Assembly: GCA_019828565.1 (NCBI GenBank)
Contig: JAHDYR010000062.1
Span: 235,666-299,665, forward strand
Reading direction: 5' to 3'
Source: Carpediemonas membranifera BICM
Lineage: Eukaryota > Protista > Fornicata
DNA length: 64,000 nucleotides
Below, piece after piece: positions 1 to 12,999 of this stretch. The notes beneath the pieces are model-generated. The model saw only the letters and a list, made by a program, of their open reading frames with translations, had not been told where the DNA came from and ran no database searches. The position numbers and the translations under genes were made by a program. Within the stretch, counting starts at the first letter, position 1; every line of letters begins with the position of its first letter.

Positions 1-3000
1 GGTTGGGTGTGCGGCCGGGCGCTACCGGGAACATGTGAAAACACCTCCCGCCGGTTCAGGAATCATTCCGCCCTGTGCCTTGTCTTCACCCAGGGCTTTC
101 CTCCTAGTCTGGGCCTGTTCTGAGGTTCATGAGGGCCTTTTCCGCATAATAGACCCTCCTTCACTGTTTCATCCTCCTGTTACTTATTGTAGTGGAGCTC
201 CAATATGGCCCTGGAGTTATACCACTCGTCCGGAGCCGTGCCGCAGCTGCCGCGGGTGTGTGTTGCCGCAGCTTCCAGCACTGCTCCCACCCATGGCGGC
301 CGACGCCCTGGCACTCCCGCTATGATGTGGCTTTGTGTTCCTAGCGGTTGGTCTTCCAGCCACCCGGCTACTGCCACTAGCGCCTGCCGCCTGTATATAG
401 TTGGAGGTAGTTGATCAATTCGCGTTCGGCTGCGGTGTGCATATCGGGTATATTCGCTTTGGATACCACGGTCGCAGGCATTTCCTGCCCAGAGTACCTC
501 CTGCTTATGATGAGCGCGGCTCCTCGAGTTGTGTGTGGCTGTTGTTGCTAGCGGAGGAGGCGTGTTGGAGCTGTTACGCTACCCTCTTTGGCTTTCCCTC
601 TGAGCATCATCTCTCGAGTAATCACACTGGTTTCGGGTGCTCTCCCGCCTGCCATTGTTTGCATTGCCTCCGCCAGCTAGCACTTCGAAGCGAAGCCCGC
701 CTTGGCTCAATTCCGGCTACCTTGGTGGCGATGTCTCATGCTGTCATCTCCATCGGCTGTGCTCTGGGTCAGGGTCCCGTGAAGGTCGCTAGCCAGATCT
801 GTTACGTTAATCTGCCCACTTGTTCCAGCTTTCCGATAACGGACTTGTTCATGCAGTGAAGTCCGCTAGCGATGGGCGGTCAGGATCGGGCCGGTCGCCC
901 AGTTCTAACCGCTCTTACACATGTCCGCTTCCCAGCACATCCCATCCCATCAGGCGGCTGCGGGCAGGCGGGCCACCACCACCCACACTCCTGTCCACCT
1001 CCTGGGCTTCCTTCCATTCATTCCATTCCGATCAGCCATAAGACTCCCAGAACAGCCACCGGGCGTGGAGCCTTTAGTCCATCCCACTCTCCGGGCAGCG
1101 ATGTGCTTGTTCGACTGTTCTTTTCTCTTTTCTTCTTTGCGATGCATGCGCTGGTGGATGAGAGACCACTTGCTATCAGAGTCCCAAGTATCGGCCCTGA
1201 CTCCATGCTCCGGGTAGCCTCCCATGAATTCGCACTTCCGCATTTGGATTTGGTACTTATGACGATGTTCTTTCCTGGGCTGATACACAGCTTGTGTGCC
1301 ACCTATCACTTCCACCATTGCGGCGGTGAGGACTCCGCATCATTTTCTTTCTTTGCCGAGATGCTCGTATCGTCTACGAACACATTGCTATGATGCCATT
1401 CCGGGTCTGTGGTGGGTGAAGCTTCGGTCGCAGTATTGTCCTATAAATACTGGCATTCTGAGTGACGCCTGGCTAATCCAGTTGGCCGTAGAAATAGTAT
1501 GAATAGAATTGCGACCACGCTGTAGCGGCTCTAAAATTCGATTTCGGACCATAGGTCGGATCTTACCGCGTATAGGGTCCTCTCCATTGCAGCTGTACCT
1601 GCTCTGAAGCTAGGTGTGTGTACACCCATATTGATCAGCTTGCTGACTAGGATGTCTGGGAACCGTGTGCAGTATCGAGCAGCACGCTGGTGGGTCCTGC
1701 TTCTTGAATTTACCCAGTTGGGTTAGGAGGGCGATGTGGTCTATGACTGTGCTTTCCCTTCATGAAGCCGATCTACTGCTCTCTGTAATGCCTCTCAACT
1801 GTTGGTTTGAGCCTCCATTTTGAGTACCTTCCCATATGCTCGGTAGGGAGTGGTGAGATGGGTCGGTAGGATCTGGCAGTAGCTTATCTTCTACTTTGTG
1901 TATCGGAGATGGGCGGCCACTTCCACGTGGTGGGTAGTTCAGACTCGTATACTTTCTGGAAGAAGTGATTGCCCTGTAGGCCGCCTGAGGTCTCTCAGAC
2001 ATTCGCCCGTGATACCATCCGGGCCTCCTGCCGATGATTTCTTCAGGGACTTGATGGCGGCCGTGACCTCCTCCTCCGTGTTGATCAGTTGTTTGGGCCG
2101 CCGGGATCTACTCTGGTCCCAACTAGGTCGCTATGCCACTACTGACTTAGGCGTATTGCCTCTGCAGCTCCCTAGCTATCTCGTTTTCCCTTGTTAAGAT
2201 CGACCTCTTTCCTCTGAGGCATCGCCGGTAGCCCTGCGTGTTGTTTCTCGTTCCAGAACCTGTGGACCTGGTTTGCTACTTGGCCTTCTTGGTGGTCTTA
2301 TACCTGCCCTTGCGCTGTTTTCCACCTGCTGCGTCACTCCTCCTTGAAGCTTTCCATGACTTCTGGGCTCGTTGTTCAGGGTTCGCTTGATTTCCGCGGC
2401 GCTTTGTTCCATCGGGCTAGGATGGAGTTGCTTCCACATACGTTCTCCGGGATCGCTTTTGCGATCTCCCTGGTCTGACTTCTGGCGGAAGTTTGAAATC
2501 CACCGATAAAGTTCCCGTATTTGGTACTCGATTGTAACATCTACATATGGAGCTCCACATCGGGTTGCGGCCATTCCCTTGCTCTTTCCCGTTGCGCTCT
2601 GGAGGGACATTCCGGGTAGTTTGTTCCGCAGGTTTTGGCGTTTTGGCCGGTTGTTTCTTCCAATGCAGTTCGTCCCAGAGTTGGCTCCACTGCCCTATGA
2701 GCCCAATGCATCTCCCGAAAGCACTGTCAATGACTCTGGCTTTGGCCCTCGTGATCGGTAGCTGCATAATCCAGCGTCGGTGGTATTCCCGCGCTCATGT
2801 ATGTGTGAGACGAGAAAACTAGGTCTGGAATTGTTTCGCTGTAGTGTGGCGCTGGTGGCGCAGGCTCCGCGGAGTCACGGTTCCAGTCATGATGATTATC
2901 TCGAAGCCGTGGTACTCCTCTGACGATGTTTTCCAGCTGTTGGTCAGAAGCGGTCTGGCTCCGCTGCGCTGCAGTCGCGGAGCGTATATGTTGATGACCG

Positions 3001-3400
3001 CGATGGCCCGCCAGGGTTTCGAGGATGCTAATTGAACTTCAGTTCGTGCCGTCAGATACTCCCACCATCCCAGGTTGCTGTGAATGTGGGCTGATCACCG
3101 TGGCTACGCTGGGTTAATCTTGCCTTTCTGAGCCTTGATGGGTTGGCGTGCCCTGCATGCGTATTATGGAGTCCGCCCAACGGGAGGACTACGGAGTTAC
3201 CGTACCTGAATGTTTCCACTGCAGAGGAGGGCGTCTTCGAACCATTATTGCTTGCGAGAAGCGCTACCGCTATAGATCCGCTGTAGTCTTCATTGCCCGT
3301 TAAATTGTCGCCCAACATTGAGAGGAGACTATTCGCATTCAGGTTATTTACTGCCTTAACCTGCACTCCTTATTCTGCATACCTGCACACTTTCATCTTG
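1..3400 (-). pseudogene. ORF2: AP endonuclease + reverse transcriptase (frameshifted)
   Basis: Minus-strand motifs appear in the expected order: NLNANSL (~3340), AVINIYAP (2979-3002), IIIM-DWN (~2890), TEEEVTAAIKSLKKSSAGGPDGI (2011-2079), AYRAIT (~1975), NVFVDDT (FVDD at 1369-1380). Confidence 0.85.
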
Positions 3401-3429
3401 TTGTTGTTTAGCATCTGCATAGTTGCCTT

Positions 3430-6400
3430 CCCAATGGGTGAGCGCCTATGTCGTCGTTGTTTTAGCACGTTGGGTGGGCCGCCCGCCCTGTGGGTTGTTG
3501 GTGGGCGGCCCGGGTGAGCGTCTTCTTTGCTTGATATTTCTCAGGACCAGAAGCATGCGCCATTCACATGTGCTTGGCCAGAACAGCTGCTTCCTCCAGA
3601 GTCACAGACGTGGCCCAGGTTCCTTCCCTCTTAGACTGACCTAGGGTGTACCACTTTGCATCAGCCACGCGCCCTCTGGTGCTTGTCGGGACTTTTCATT
3701 GCCGATATATAGCGCTTCTGGCCTCGCTTGCATTCTTGGCAGCATCGTTGCCTAACTGCGCATAGGTGGGAGCGGCCACTTTCGGCGGCGCCTCCCAAGG
3801 CTGGAGTTCCGGCCACCAGACCAGGCCAGGTCCTCGATGGCGTTCCAGGCTTTGCCTCTACCGCTTTGGTCCCTGCGGGAACAGTTTAGAAAGAGTCACC
3901 CGGGCGTGTGGCAAGTACAGCCCAGCCTTCCTGGCGGGCTCCAACGCTGCGCCTATTCCGGCGCCTTCACTTCACCTATTCCTGCAACGTGCTATATATA
4001 CACATCCCTTTAGACTCTGCACTGCTTCCTCCACTGCTTGGTATGGCTCGTTACTCATGCATCTCTTAGTCTGGTTCATTAAAGCCTGGTACCCACGTTA
4101 TTCCACGATGCGTAGGAGGGCTCTTCTTCCCTCCCGTCAGCTTCCAGATTTAGGCGGCGGCAAAGCCTCCCTCGAAGCCTGGCCCTCAGGGACTCCTGTA
4201 ATTTTGTTCCACTTGGAGCCTGAGGGCTACAGAAACAAGAGCCGCCTCCGAGGAATTTTCTCCAAAAGCGATGCGCCGCGCTGGGAGGCGCTGGCGCTCC
4301 GCTCCGCTCCTCTTGCTAGGGCTTCCCTTTCGCTTGGCCAGCTGGCCTTGGAGTCGGAGCAGCCTCGTTGTTGCAGCCGAGACTTCCTCTTCGTAATGGC
4401 TCATGATCACTTGCCGCTCTTCTTCAGCTCTTCGCTCCACACCTCCGCTTGGAAGAGGCTTGGATGTGAGCACCATCGTCGGCCCGTGCCCAGTCTCCTT
4501 TGGAGTTTGGGAACTCTTCCCTTCCAGGGCGCCGGCGTGAGGTGCTCAAGCTTCCTGGCTCAGAGGGAGAGGCATCGCCAGAGTTGTAGCCTCTTTGTGA
4601 GGCGTGAGGATCCGCCTGTCCCAGGGCCCACGGGTGTTCATTCCTCAGGAGGTGTAGCAGGGCTTTACCTGGTGCCTTTGATAGTGATGAGACTGCCCTT
4701 GAGGTGTGGGCGTACCTGGCGCGGGTTGTGTTTGTTTCCCTTGCCTGCTGAGGGTGGCGTTCACCTTCCTTTAGCAAGGATATGGGTTTGTGACCTGTGT
4801 CCGGTTCTCGGTGAGCTGGGCCCTCAAGCAGCCTAAGGCCGAGAGCCACTCCATGCCTTGGTGAACTCGTTGGTGAGCCTCTCCCGGTGCTCTTCGAGGA
4901 AGGCAGGCTCTTTGACCCTTGCCTTACGGTCACAACCTCTTTGCTCTCGCTGCGACCTGTGCCGTCGTTGTTCTGGGTGTGCAGAAGGAAGTCACAGGCG
5001 GATGAGGTAGTCTCATCGCTGGGACTGCATCCAGGGCCAGGAAGTGCCGTCGTATTGTTCGCTGAGGCGCTCGGGCGGCGTCTTCCAGGCTCCCTCCTTG
5101 CCCGAACCTGTGCAGATGCAGTCCTGAAGCCGAGGAAAGAAGTTTACACATAATGCCTGGGCCCTCTATCTTGGCGCCGGGTTCCTTGCTTACGATGAGG
5201 ATTCGGGACGCCCGCTGGTGCTCTATCGCCGATGTTGCCAGGCGGTGGATGAGCCCAGGGTGTCTGGCTGCTGGGCTGAGCATGCATCATGTCTACACTG
5301 CTTATGGGCGGGACCAGCGAGGCTGCACAGATAGGGTCAGGAGGCTCGTGGAGTTTGACCGGGAGGTTGCTCCGACCTGTCCAGGGTGGTACGGTTGCCA
5401 TAGAAGTCTGGCCAGTAGCTTCTCCCTTGCTACGCGGCGCCTACCGTTCCGCGTTTTCGGATAGGAGCTCAAGAGCCAGAGGGTCTCGATGGCAGGGCGG
5501 GAATGAAACGAACAGCTACGCTCCTTTAAGGACCATGGGTTCCTTTTCCTGGACAACTGGAACTCTTGCGCGGTCGTGTTGGCCGTAATAGTTTCCCTTC
5601 GGACGCGGCGGTATTAAAAGATCACGTGCTGTAGTTTGAGGGTGTGATGACTCGCCCTCTATGGCGTTCCGGAAATCCTCTACAACCAGATTACGGGACG
5701 TGTCCTACTCTAATGATGCTTTGTGCGTCATGCTCCTCGTGCGCGATTAGTTCCGCTCCCACATCAGCCCAGGTCAAGGTTATACAGCATGTGGATGGCC
5801 AGGGAGAGTCTTGTAGAAAGAGCGTTACATCGCAAGCGCACAGTGACAGTAGGCTGGTGCGTTTCTGTGAGTAGCACAGCCCAGCAGGTTCCCTTCTCCT
5901 TTGCTGGTCCGCGGAGTCCAGACCTTGGCCTGCTCGGCGCACTGCCTTCTGGTCCTCCTGTGGGAGGGTCTCTCGGACCGGGCGGTCCCTCCTGGGAGGG
6001 TAGAAGAGGAGTGTGCTATTGAGACGTACACCGCATCTAGGCCGGCAGCCGATTAGGTGGGTGGCTACTATGCCCTGGCCGTGGGAATCCGGTACGTGTT
6101 GGCGCTCGTGAGGACGGCGTTTCAGCTACGCTGGCAGTCAGGTGGATGGTGCCGGTGTCGCCCTTCCGACGCTGGGAGGGCATCGATCATTCCGCGCACC
6201 ATGTGGTGCTGTTTGGGAATGTGCTTTCGAATCCCTGCCTGCAGTGGTGATGTCATCGACGAGGTGAGGCTGCAGCCGTGGAGATTCTTGAGCTCATCAG
6301 CAGAGCCTGGTCGAGGTCGGCCACCCAGATATCTTCGCCCTAACATCCCATTCTGCAGACTGGCGACGATATTCCCGTTAACTTGGTCAAAGACTATGAC

Positions 6401-9400
6401 CGCCCTTCGCATATGACGGCCTCATCGCCTTGGATGCGGGTTTGGGCCTTCAGAAGTCCAATGCATCCCGATCCAGCATCCTCTTGCCCTGCACGGGTTG
6501 GTGAGCAGGCAGGACGAATCTGCTGTTGGCTGACGGTTCACCCTTGGCGGGTTGTCACTATCACTGCCAGAAGGACTCTTCTGGCCGAACCATTCGGCGT
6601 TGGGCCGGGCCATCTTAATTGCCACGGTGCCGAGCCACACTTTCGCCACTGGGCATGGTGGCGTTCGCTAGTTGGAGTTCCAACCACCGCTTCGCAATAG
6701 AACAGCATTCAGGATCTGCGCTGCATTATGTTGGGTTGGCCAGTGGTCGGGTCGCGCCGTTTGTGCGAACAGCATAGGTTGATTGCTGATTGCCGGGCGG
6801 GTGGGTCCGTCCCTTTGGGCCGCCGTTGGGCGGAGCTATCACCTGCACTTGCTCTGCTGCGCACCATTATTCGGTGTGACCAGGAGGGTTTGCCTGGTAG
6901 GAGTGGAGTTGTCGGTTTGCTCGTTGCCCTTAGGCGAGGCCGTCTGTGGATTCGGTGGCGAGCAGCTTGGTACCCTGGTCCGCCATCCAGATGTTGCGAT
7001 CACGCAGCGAGGGTGGAAGCGTCGCAGAGACCGTTGGATGAACTGCGGCATTGGCCGGGAGTAGTAGTATCCCATGCGGCCCACAGCTCTTTGAAGCCCG
7101 GAACCGTCCAGCGAAGCGCACTAAGTCTTCAGCCTCACTGCGCGCTGGCGCTCTCGTCGCCGGCAATGTTGAGGGCTGAATCCGTGGGTGTCCTGCTAAC
7201 CAGCACAGGTCTGATACGCATCGGTCCTGCTGTAGCGGGCAGCTATCGCGGAGAACATGCCTGCCACCTTCCCGGGAGGCGACCCGGCCTGTCCGTCAAA
7301 GCACCTCCTGCTGTCTGCTGACGCATCCTCCCAGAGCCCGACCTAAGACCGCCGCATTTGGCGACGTTGTTGTGGGCTCTGTCCACCTGGCACTCGCTGT
7401 ATGAGAGCCGGCTGTGGCTTGGCCGCCTGCATGAGGAGCCAGGCGGCGCTCTGTGGCCGAACCTTGTGTGTGTGCCTGAACCAGGCCCTGTGAGGCTTTG
7501 GTGACCACGACCTTGAGGTGCTGGCAACTAAGCTCGAACAGCAAAAGGATCTAGCCGGTGAGCGGAGACGATTACAGCAAGTTAGCGTTGTATCCCTCGA
7601 AAGATCACTGTGGTGTTGTTACGCTTAGCGAGGATCGGTCAGCTGCTCTTCGGACTTTTGCGCACTCTTTCGGTCGTAGCGCTACGCGTTTTCCAAGCTT
7701 TGGTGAGCTCTGTTCCAGCTTTCGTCTGCATCTGGGTACCTTTCGGCCCATGGCTTTGTTGCATCCTGTGTTTGTGTGGCCGAGTGGTCTCGAAAAGTCC
7801 GAGAAGAGTCGGCGTGAATCCCCGAGATGGGCCCTCCCCCTCCCCTGCCCGCCTCCGCCTGGGAGACGTTGCCGGCGCTCGTGAGCTGGGAGACAGTCGA
7901 GAATGTAAATCCAGCTGGAGAATGAGGAGCAACACCCATCCACGACAGCCAGCCCGCATCGGGGCGAGTGGCCGGCGCTGTTGGTCCTCGCGGTGGATTT
8001 TCCAGGCCGCACTGGCTTACCCACCCATGGCCTTCCGGTTATCAGGGGCGTGAGTGGTATAGCAGGATGTCATGTTTCTCTAGCATTTGGGATGGCGTTT
8101 CCCTTTCTCGGCTGGGATTCTGCCACCGCACCGCTGGTGATCCACTCCTGGGGAAGGGATCCTTTATCTTGCTATACTGCCTAGGTCGCCGTACATCCGG
8201 ATCAAGTCGGCGATTTTTCTACTCGGGTTCCTCAGTGCGTACTTGCGTGAGAGGCCCTAGGGATGCTCGGGGAGGAGATCTTCTGCTCGGGCAGCAACGT
8301 ACCCGCCCCCTGTGGGTTCCTGGGAAACGCGTCCATTGCGCGGCCGGTGGCTCGGATGAGGAGTGTGCATTTTAGTGCTCCATCACCTGATGCATCACCA
8401 TAGCCTTGTGGCGTTGCACGTTGGCCCTTTCCGAGCAGGGGGCGGGGAGGTGTGGCCTATTGCCCGCGAGATGCGGGGTCGGTTGCGAACCTTGCCAGCC
8501 ATAGCCAGGAGTTCACCACGTTTTCGGTTCCTGTTACACCCAGTGCCCGCCTGCGCCTGGCGAGCACCGAGGCCCAGGCATGCTGCCGCAGCTAAGGTTC
8601 AGCCTTCTAAGGTACCTGATTCCCCTCTTGGCCCCTCATGCCGATCACCTCCAAGGCCCAGGCATTGCCGCGGCGGGAGCCCCAGACCCCTGAGAGGGCT
8701 GGGGGTCGGAGTTCTTCCACCATGCAGTCGTCCTCTGTGGAGGGAGCTGCCCCCCGGGTCATTGGCATTGCCTTCCATCCCGCAGCGCCCGCGCCTCTGC
8801 TCCCAGCCTGGTGGGATGGGGGCCCTCGGGAGTCCCTCAGCGCCGACTCTTCCGCTCCTTCCAGGGGGAAAGCCGTCCCCCGCCGCCTCCAGCTGGCCCG
8901 GTCCCCCTGCCCCGGTCCTCACGGCGGCGAGGGGCGCTGCCCCGTTTGTCACGCCATTGGCTTCCTCCCCAGCTCGCTCGCGCCGTTCGTCGGCCTGGCA
9001 TGAGCTCACGCGTCAGTCAGCCCCTCGACGCTCTCAGCACTTTGGATCGCATCGCTGCATGGACTGGCACTCGTGTGCCTATAGCAGCTTCGTGGACATG
9101 CTCCATGGGGGGACCGACGAGGATCAGCCTGTCGAGAACCTTACAGGCCATTTTTAGGCATTCCAGCGCACTTCTCCAGTCCCAGATGGTTATGTATCGC
9201 GGCAGCAGCAGGGCGCTCTCGAGGCGGGCCCTGCCCAGGCAGTATAGTCCCCTTCGGTTTCCCATTTCCTTGCCGACGGAAGCCCCTCAGCTGAGTTCCT
9301 GGGCGCCGGGACTCCTCAGTAAACACCCAGGGTTGAATGGGGGTTGAGACCATGTTGCTGCTGTTCCTTGCGGTATCTGCCTACCACTCACGGGTTGCTG

Positions 9401-9700
9401 GGCCCCGGCATTCTCCCCCTTCTCCCAGCGGGGAGCGCGGCCACAGGGCGCCATTTGGGTTTCCCTCCAGTTGCGCGTCATTCCTACTAAATTCATGAGT
9501 TCATACCTTGGTTTCGGCTTGGTTGCAGTGGTGAGGGCCCTTGGCATGTTGCTGGGGCTCCCTCTGGACGTTCTTTGCCCTGTGGGTTGAGGAACGTCCG
9601 GGCGGTAAGCTTCCCTTGGTCTTTTGGATGGTAATATCCCATCAGACCGCTCACCGGGGGCTCCATGCCCATACGGGAAGTTTCGTTGCCCCAGAGGGTG
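3430..9700 (-). pseudogene. Putative long ORF1 region of element 1, fragmented
   Basis: Lies between the 5' end and ORF2; only short minus-strand ORF fragments remain; boundaries approximate. Confidence 0.4.
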
Positions 9701-10140
9701 CACTTTGGGGAGCACAGAGAACCAACCCAAGCACAGCGCCCGTCCGCTAGCGGGTTATACAAGGCAGGCAGGGTGGTTTCAGGGGCGACGGCTCAGTGCC
9801 TCCGGCGCTCGCATCTTCCAGTTTTTCTGCCACCGGCCCGTTTCTGCTTCCGTTTGACTTGGTCTCAGGCGATCTCATCGAGGAGGCTAGAGAGAGGCCT
9901 CGTGCGCCCCTATGGGTAGAAGTGGTAAAGAGTTATGCTGTTCCTGCTGGTATTCCCCGAGCAGGAGAACTCACGATGCTGAATTGACCAAAAATGTGGC
10001 ATTCCGCGCTATAGGTCACCGCCGCTCTGTTTTTGAGCTCTATAAACCTCGAAAGAATCGCCAATGGCTATCATTCCTCGGCGCTTGGCTTTGTTCCGGT
10101 TGGTGATTCCAACTTTCCATACCGGACATTTTAACTGAAC

Positions 10141-11088
10141 TCCTATGAGATGGAGGCCAAAAAGCCTCAGAAACAACTCACAAAGTACCATAGAGACGCC
10201 TGGACAGTCCAGCACCGCCCATCAACGCCGTCTGACTCTCAACTTGACCGCAATGCGGCCACTCAGGCCCTGAACGACTCCTCCCAGCGCTGCCCCGGCG
10301 GCTGGAATTCTCCGGCAAGAGGCCGCACTCACCCCCAATTGAGCTAGAATCGAAGCCTGTTGGCTCAATATTTGTCCCACCGTTGCGGGGCACACCTGGA
10401 TGTCGCCCCGTTCGAAGAGTGGCCCGAGACTTGCCCCTGTGTCAGGCCCAGCGCTGCACCTGGCAGCATGCCTGAGGTGGACACCCCGGCACTGTATCAA
10501 AAAATAAACTCAAAAACTCAAAACTCAAAACCTGGCAGCATGCCCTCTCGTGCCCACACACCAAGGGAACCGCCCACACCGAGCGTCACAACCATGTTAG
10601 AGACGCTGTGAGCGCCGTGTTGACCGACGACGACGTTAGAGGTCGACCCATGGCCTGTTGCCAGGCCGAGGGTCGCGCTCACCTCTCGTCACCCCCGCTA
10701 CCAGCAGGCCGATACCGAAGCGCCCAGACGCAAGGTGGCCGACCTCATGGTGGCAGGCGAGAGAGACGTGGTCGGGAACCGTGTCCACGAGGAAGTCTAT
10801 GTCGACTTCGTGGTCAGCCTGCACCCGCGGGAGGCTGAGCTAGAGAAGCTCCGCGAGTACCGCAACTGGCAGGTCACCTTCGTGCCTGCTGCCTGCACGG
10901 TTCTGGGCGAGACTGAGTCCCGTCTGACCGAGTGCTGGGTCGCCCGCCTCTGTGCCGCGATTCGCAGGCCGGCCCTCGTGGGCGCCATCCGTGACCGGGT
11001 ATTCTGGTCCATCTGGGCGGACAACCAGACCGTCTGGTCGGACTATGTCTCCCAGTGCAAGGCCCGTTGGGCCGAGCACCACCAATAA
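10141..11088 (+). mobile_element. 3' part of CRE-like RLE non-LTR element (alpha type), indel-rich
   Basis: Near-identical to 20808-21683 apart from 1-bp indels and a small insert; encodes RLE motifs ADLMV...VYVDF...ELEKLREY. Confidence 0.9.
10473..10530 (+). mobile_element. ~57-bp 5'-truncated retroposed insert with AATAAA and a (CTCAAAA)n tail
   Basis: Flanked by duplicated CCTGGCAGCATGCC (10459-10472 and 10531-10544); absent from the sister copy at ~21130. Confidence 0.8.
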
Positions 11089-12999
11089 TCTGCCCTCCCC
11101 ACAAAATGCCGGAGTCGCGACTCGGCTGACTCGGCCACTCTAGGCTGCGTCGTCCCCGAGCCCCCCTGCGCCTCCCGCCCCATCGCCGCATCGCATAACG
11201 CATCCCCTGCCCCCTGCGCGAGAGTAGTTGCTCGAAATTCCGCGGAGTCGCGTGTTGTTCGGACAACCTGGGAAAGTAAATTCGGCCATGGTATCCAGAG
11301 GAAAGTTGCTCGATTCGCCGCCGCAAGGCGACGAATCCTGCCATACATCCGATGAAGGACCAGGTGACACGAATTACCAGAAACTAGCGCTGTTCGCTGC
11401 GCTCCTGCGCGTAATGGACGAAATTCGTCAGCACTGCCCGAAAGGCTCGTGGCCGAAGAACGCTGAGGCCTTCATCGAGGTTTGTATGAACAAAGATCGT
11501 TTATTGCGCCTTGTGACGGACAACAAACGCTTCTTCACGATCAACAACCTTTCTTTGATCACGGACTACGTTCATGCGGCCACAAACCGCTTCGGGCCAG
11601 GCCATAAGCCGAAGGCATCCCGCCGTGATGACCACATCGCCAATGCCACTTCACTTCTTCACGCCGCAGCCACCAACCAGGTGTTCACTGCTACGATCTC
11701 GATTGATCGTGCCAACGAGGCCCTCGAGCGCGTGATACGGGGCAGAAGGACCGATGAGCAGCTCATGAGGGGAGCACCCTCGTCCGCTCCGCCCGTCCGA
11801 GATCGCCGCTCGCCGCGCCAAGACCGGGCGTCAGTCATACGCCCAACTGATCAGCCGTGTCGAGGAGGCCCGCCCGGCAAGCCCTGCGCGAGACCGCACT
11901 GCCTTCCTCGAGGCAGAAGCATACGCGTGTCGCGTAGCTGCTGGCCGCGCAGACCGTCAACAGCAGGGTGACCGGCCCCCGAGCCCCACCCCCTGCCGAT
12001 GCTGCCCCCACCGACTCCGCTGCCGCCCTAACTGGGCCGCAGCCCGCAGCCGCCCCCGCAGGGTGACAGGCCCACGCGCCAGACCCCCGCCCAGGTTGCT
12101 CCCCACCCAGCCAGAGGGAGAGGAACATCGACGACACCGCAGTGTCCGAGTTCCTCTCCTGGCGGGCGTCGAAGGCGGGGAAGGGGAGAGAGCTGAGCCA
12201 GAGACCGAGCACGAAGCCCGTGGTGACTCAGCCAACTCCCCCTTCGCCCGCCGCCGCAGGTTGACCCCGCCCACCGGCTCACAGGGTGGCTCGACCGCAC
12301 GACCATCGACGCTGTTCGCCGCAGCTTTGACGCACATGTACCGCGGGAAGACAGAGACATGTGGTCGACCAACGACCAGGTCGTCGCGACGCTGACGTCT
12401 GTCGACGCCGTCCGCTGGCTCTCCCGGGGGCAAAATGGCCAGAACCGCATGTCCAGAGCACGCTGGACGACTCTCCTCGAGCAGGTCTTTGCGGCTCACC
12501 CGAGGAACCGGCCTTCGTATGCGTTCCCGCAAGGCCTGAAGTCGTTCGCACCCAGGTTCGTGGCGTTCATGAGGGAAGGGTTGGGTATGCCAGTCGACCC
12601 CGCTCTCCCAGCTGTCCCGCAGCCAAGGACGGCCCAGCCAGCCAGAAGAAGGCTCACTGCTCCCCGCCCGCAGCCGGAGACCATCCTTCCAGAGCTCCCA
12701 GAGGACCTCAAGTTCCTCCCCTCCCCGACGGAGGCCGGCAGGATTGGGAAGTCGAAGCCCCTCAAGGAAGGGTGCGGTCTCATTCGTGAAGGGTCTCATC
12801 AACCTGTTGGAGGCCCTGAACGAGGTGCCTGCCCAGCAGAAACGGCGTGGCCTTATTGCCATCATGACCCATGGTCAGACGGTGTAAGAAAGAAAGAAAT
12901 TTATGGTGCTTGGATTCTGACCCCGGACTGAGCTTGTTTCCCGTTGTCTTGGAGCTGAGTGCCCCGGGGTACTGCCTATTTCCCGTGGCAAACTGGTCA

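Larger units (their letters stand above)
1..10140 (-). mobile_element. APE-type non-LTR retrotransposon 1 (>10 kb, heavily frameshifted; 3' end at or beyond the window edge)
   Basis: Minus-strand APE and RT motifs lie in 1-3400. The right edge abuts RLE-element sequence (from ~10141 the sequence matches 20808 onward). The 5' end reads GTTCAGTT..., like GTTCACC... of element 2. Assigning 3430-10140 to the same element is inferred from position. Confidence 0.7.

Noticed and set aside
3766-9350. Plus-strand ORFs such as 3766-4836 and 8363-9157, and other short shadow ORFs
   Set aside because: No recognisable motifs; they are GC-rich antisense frames of element sequence.
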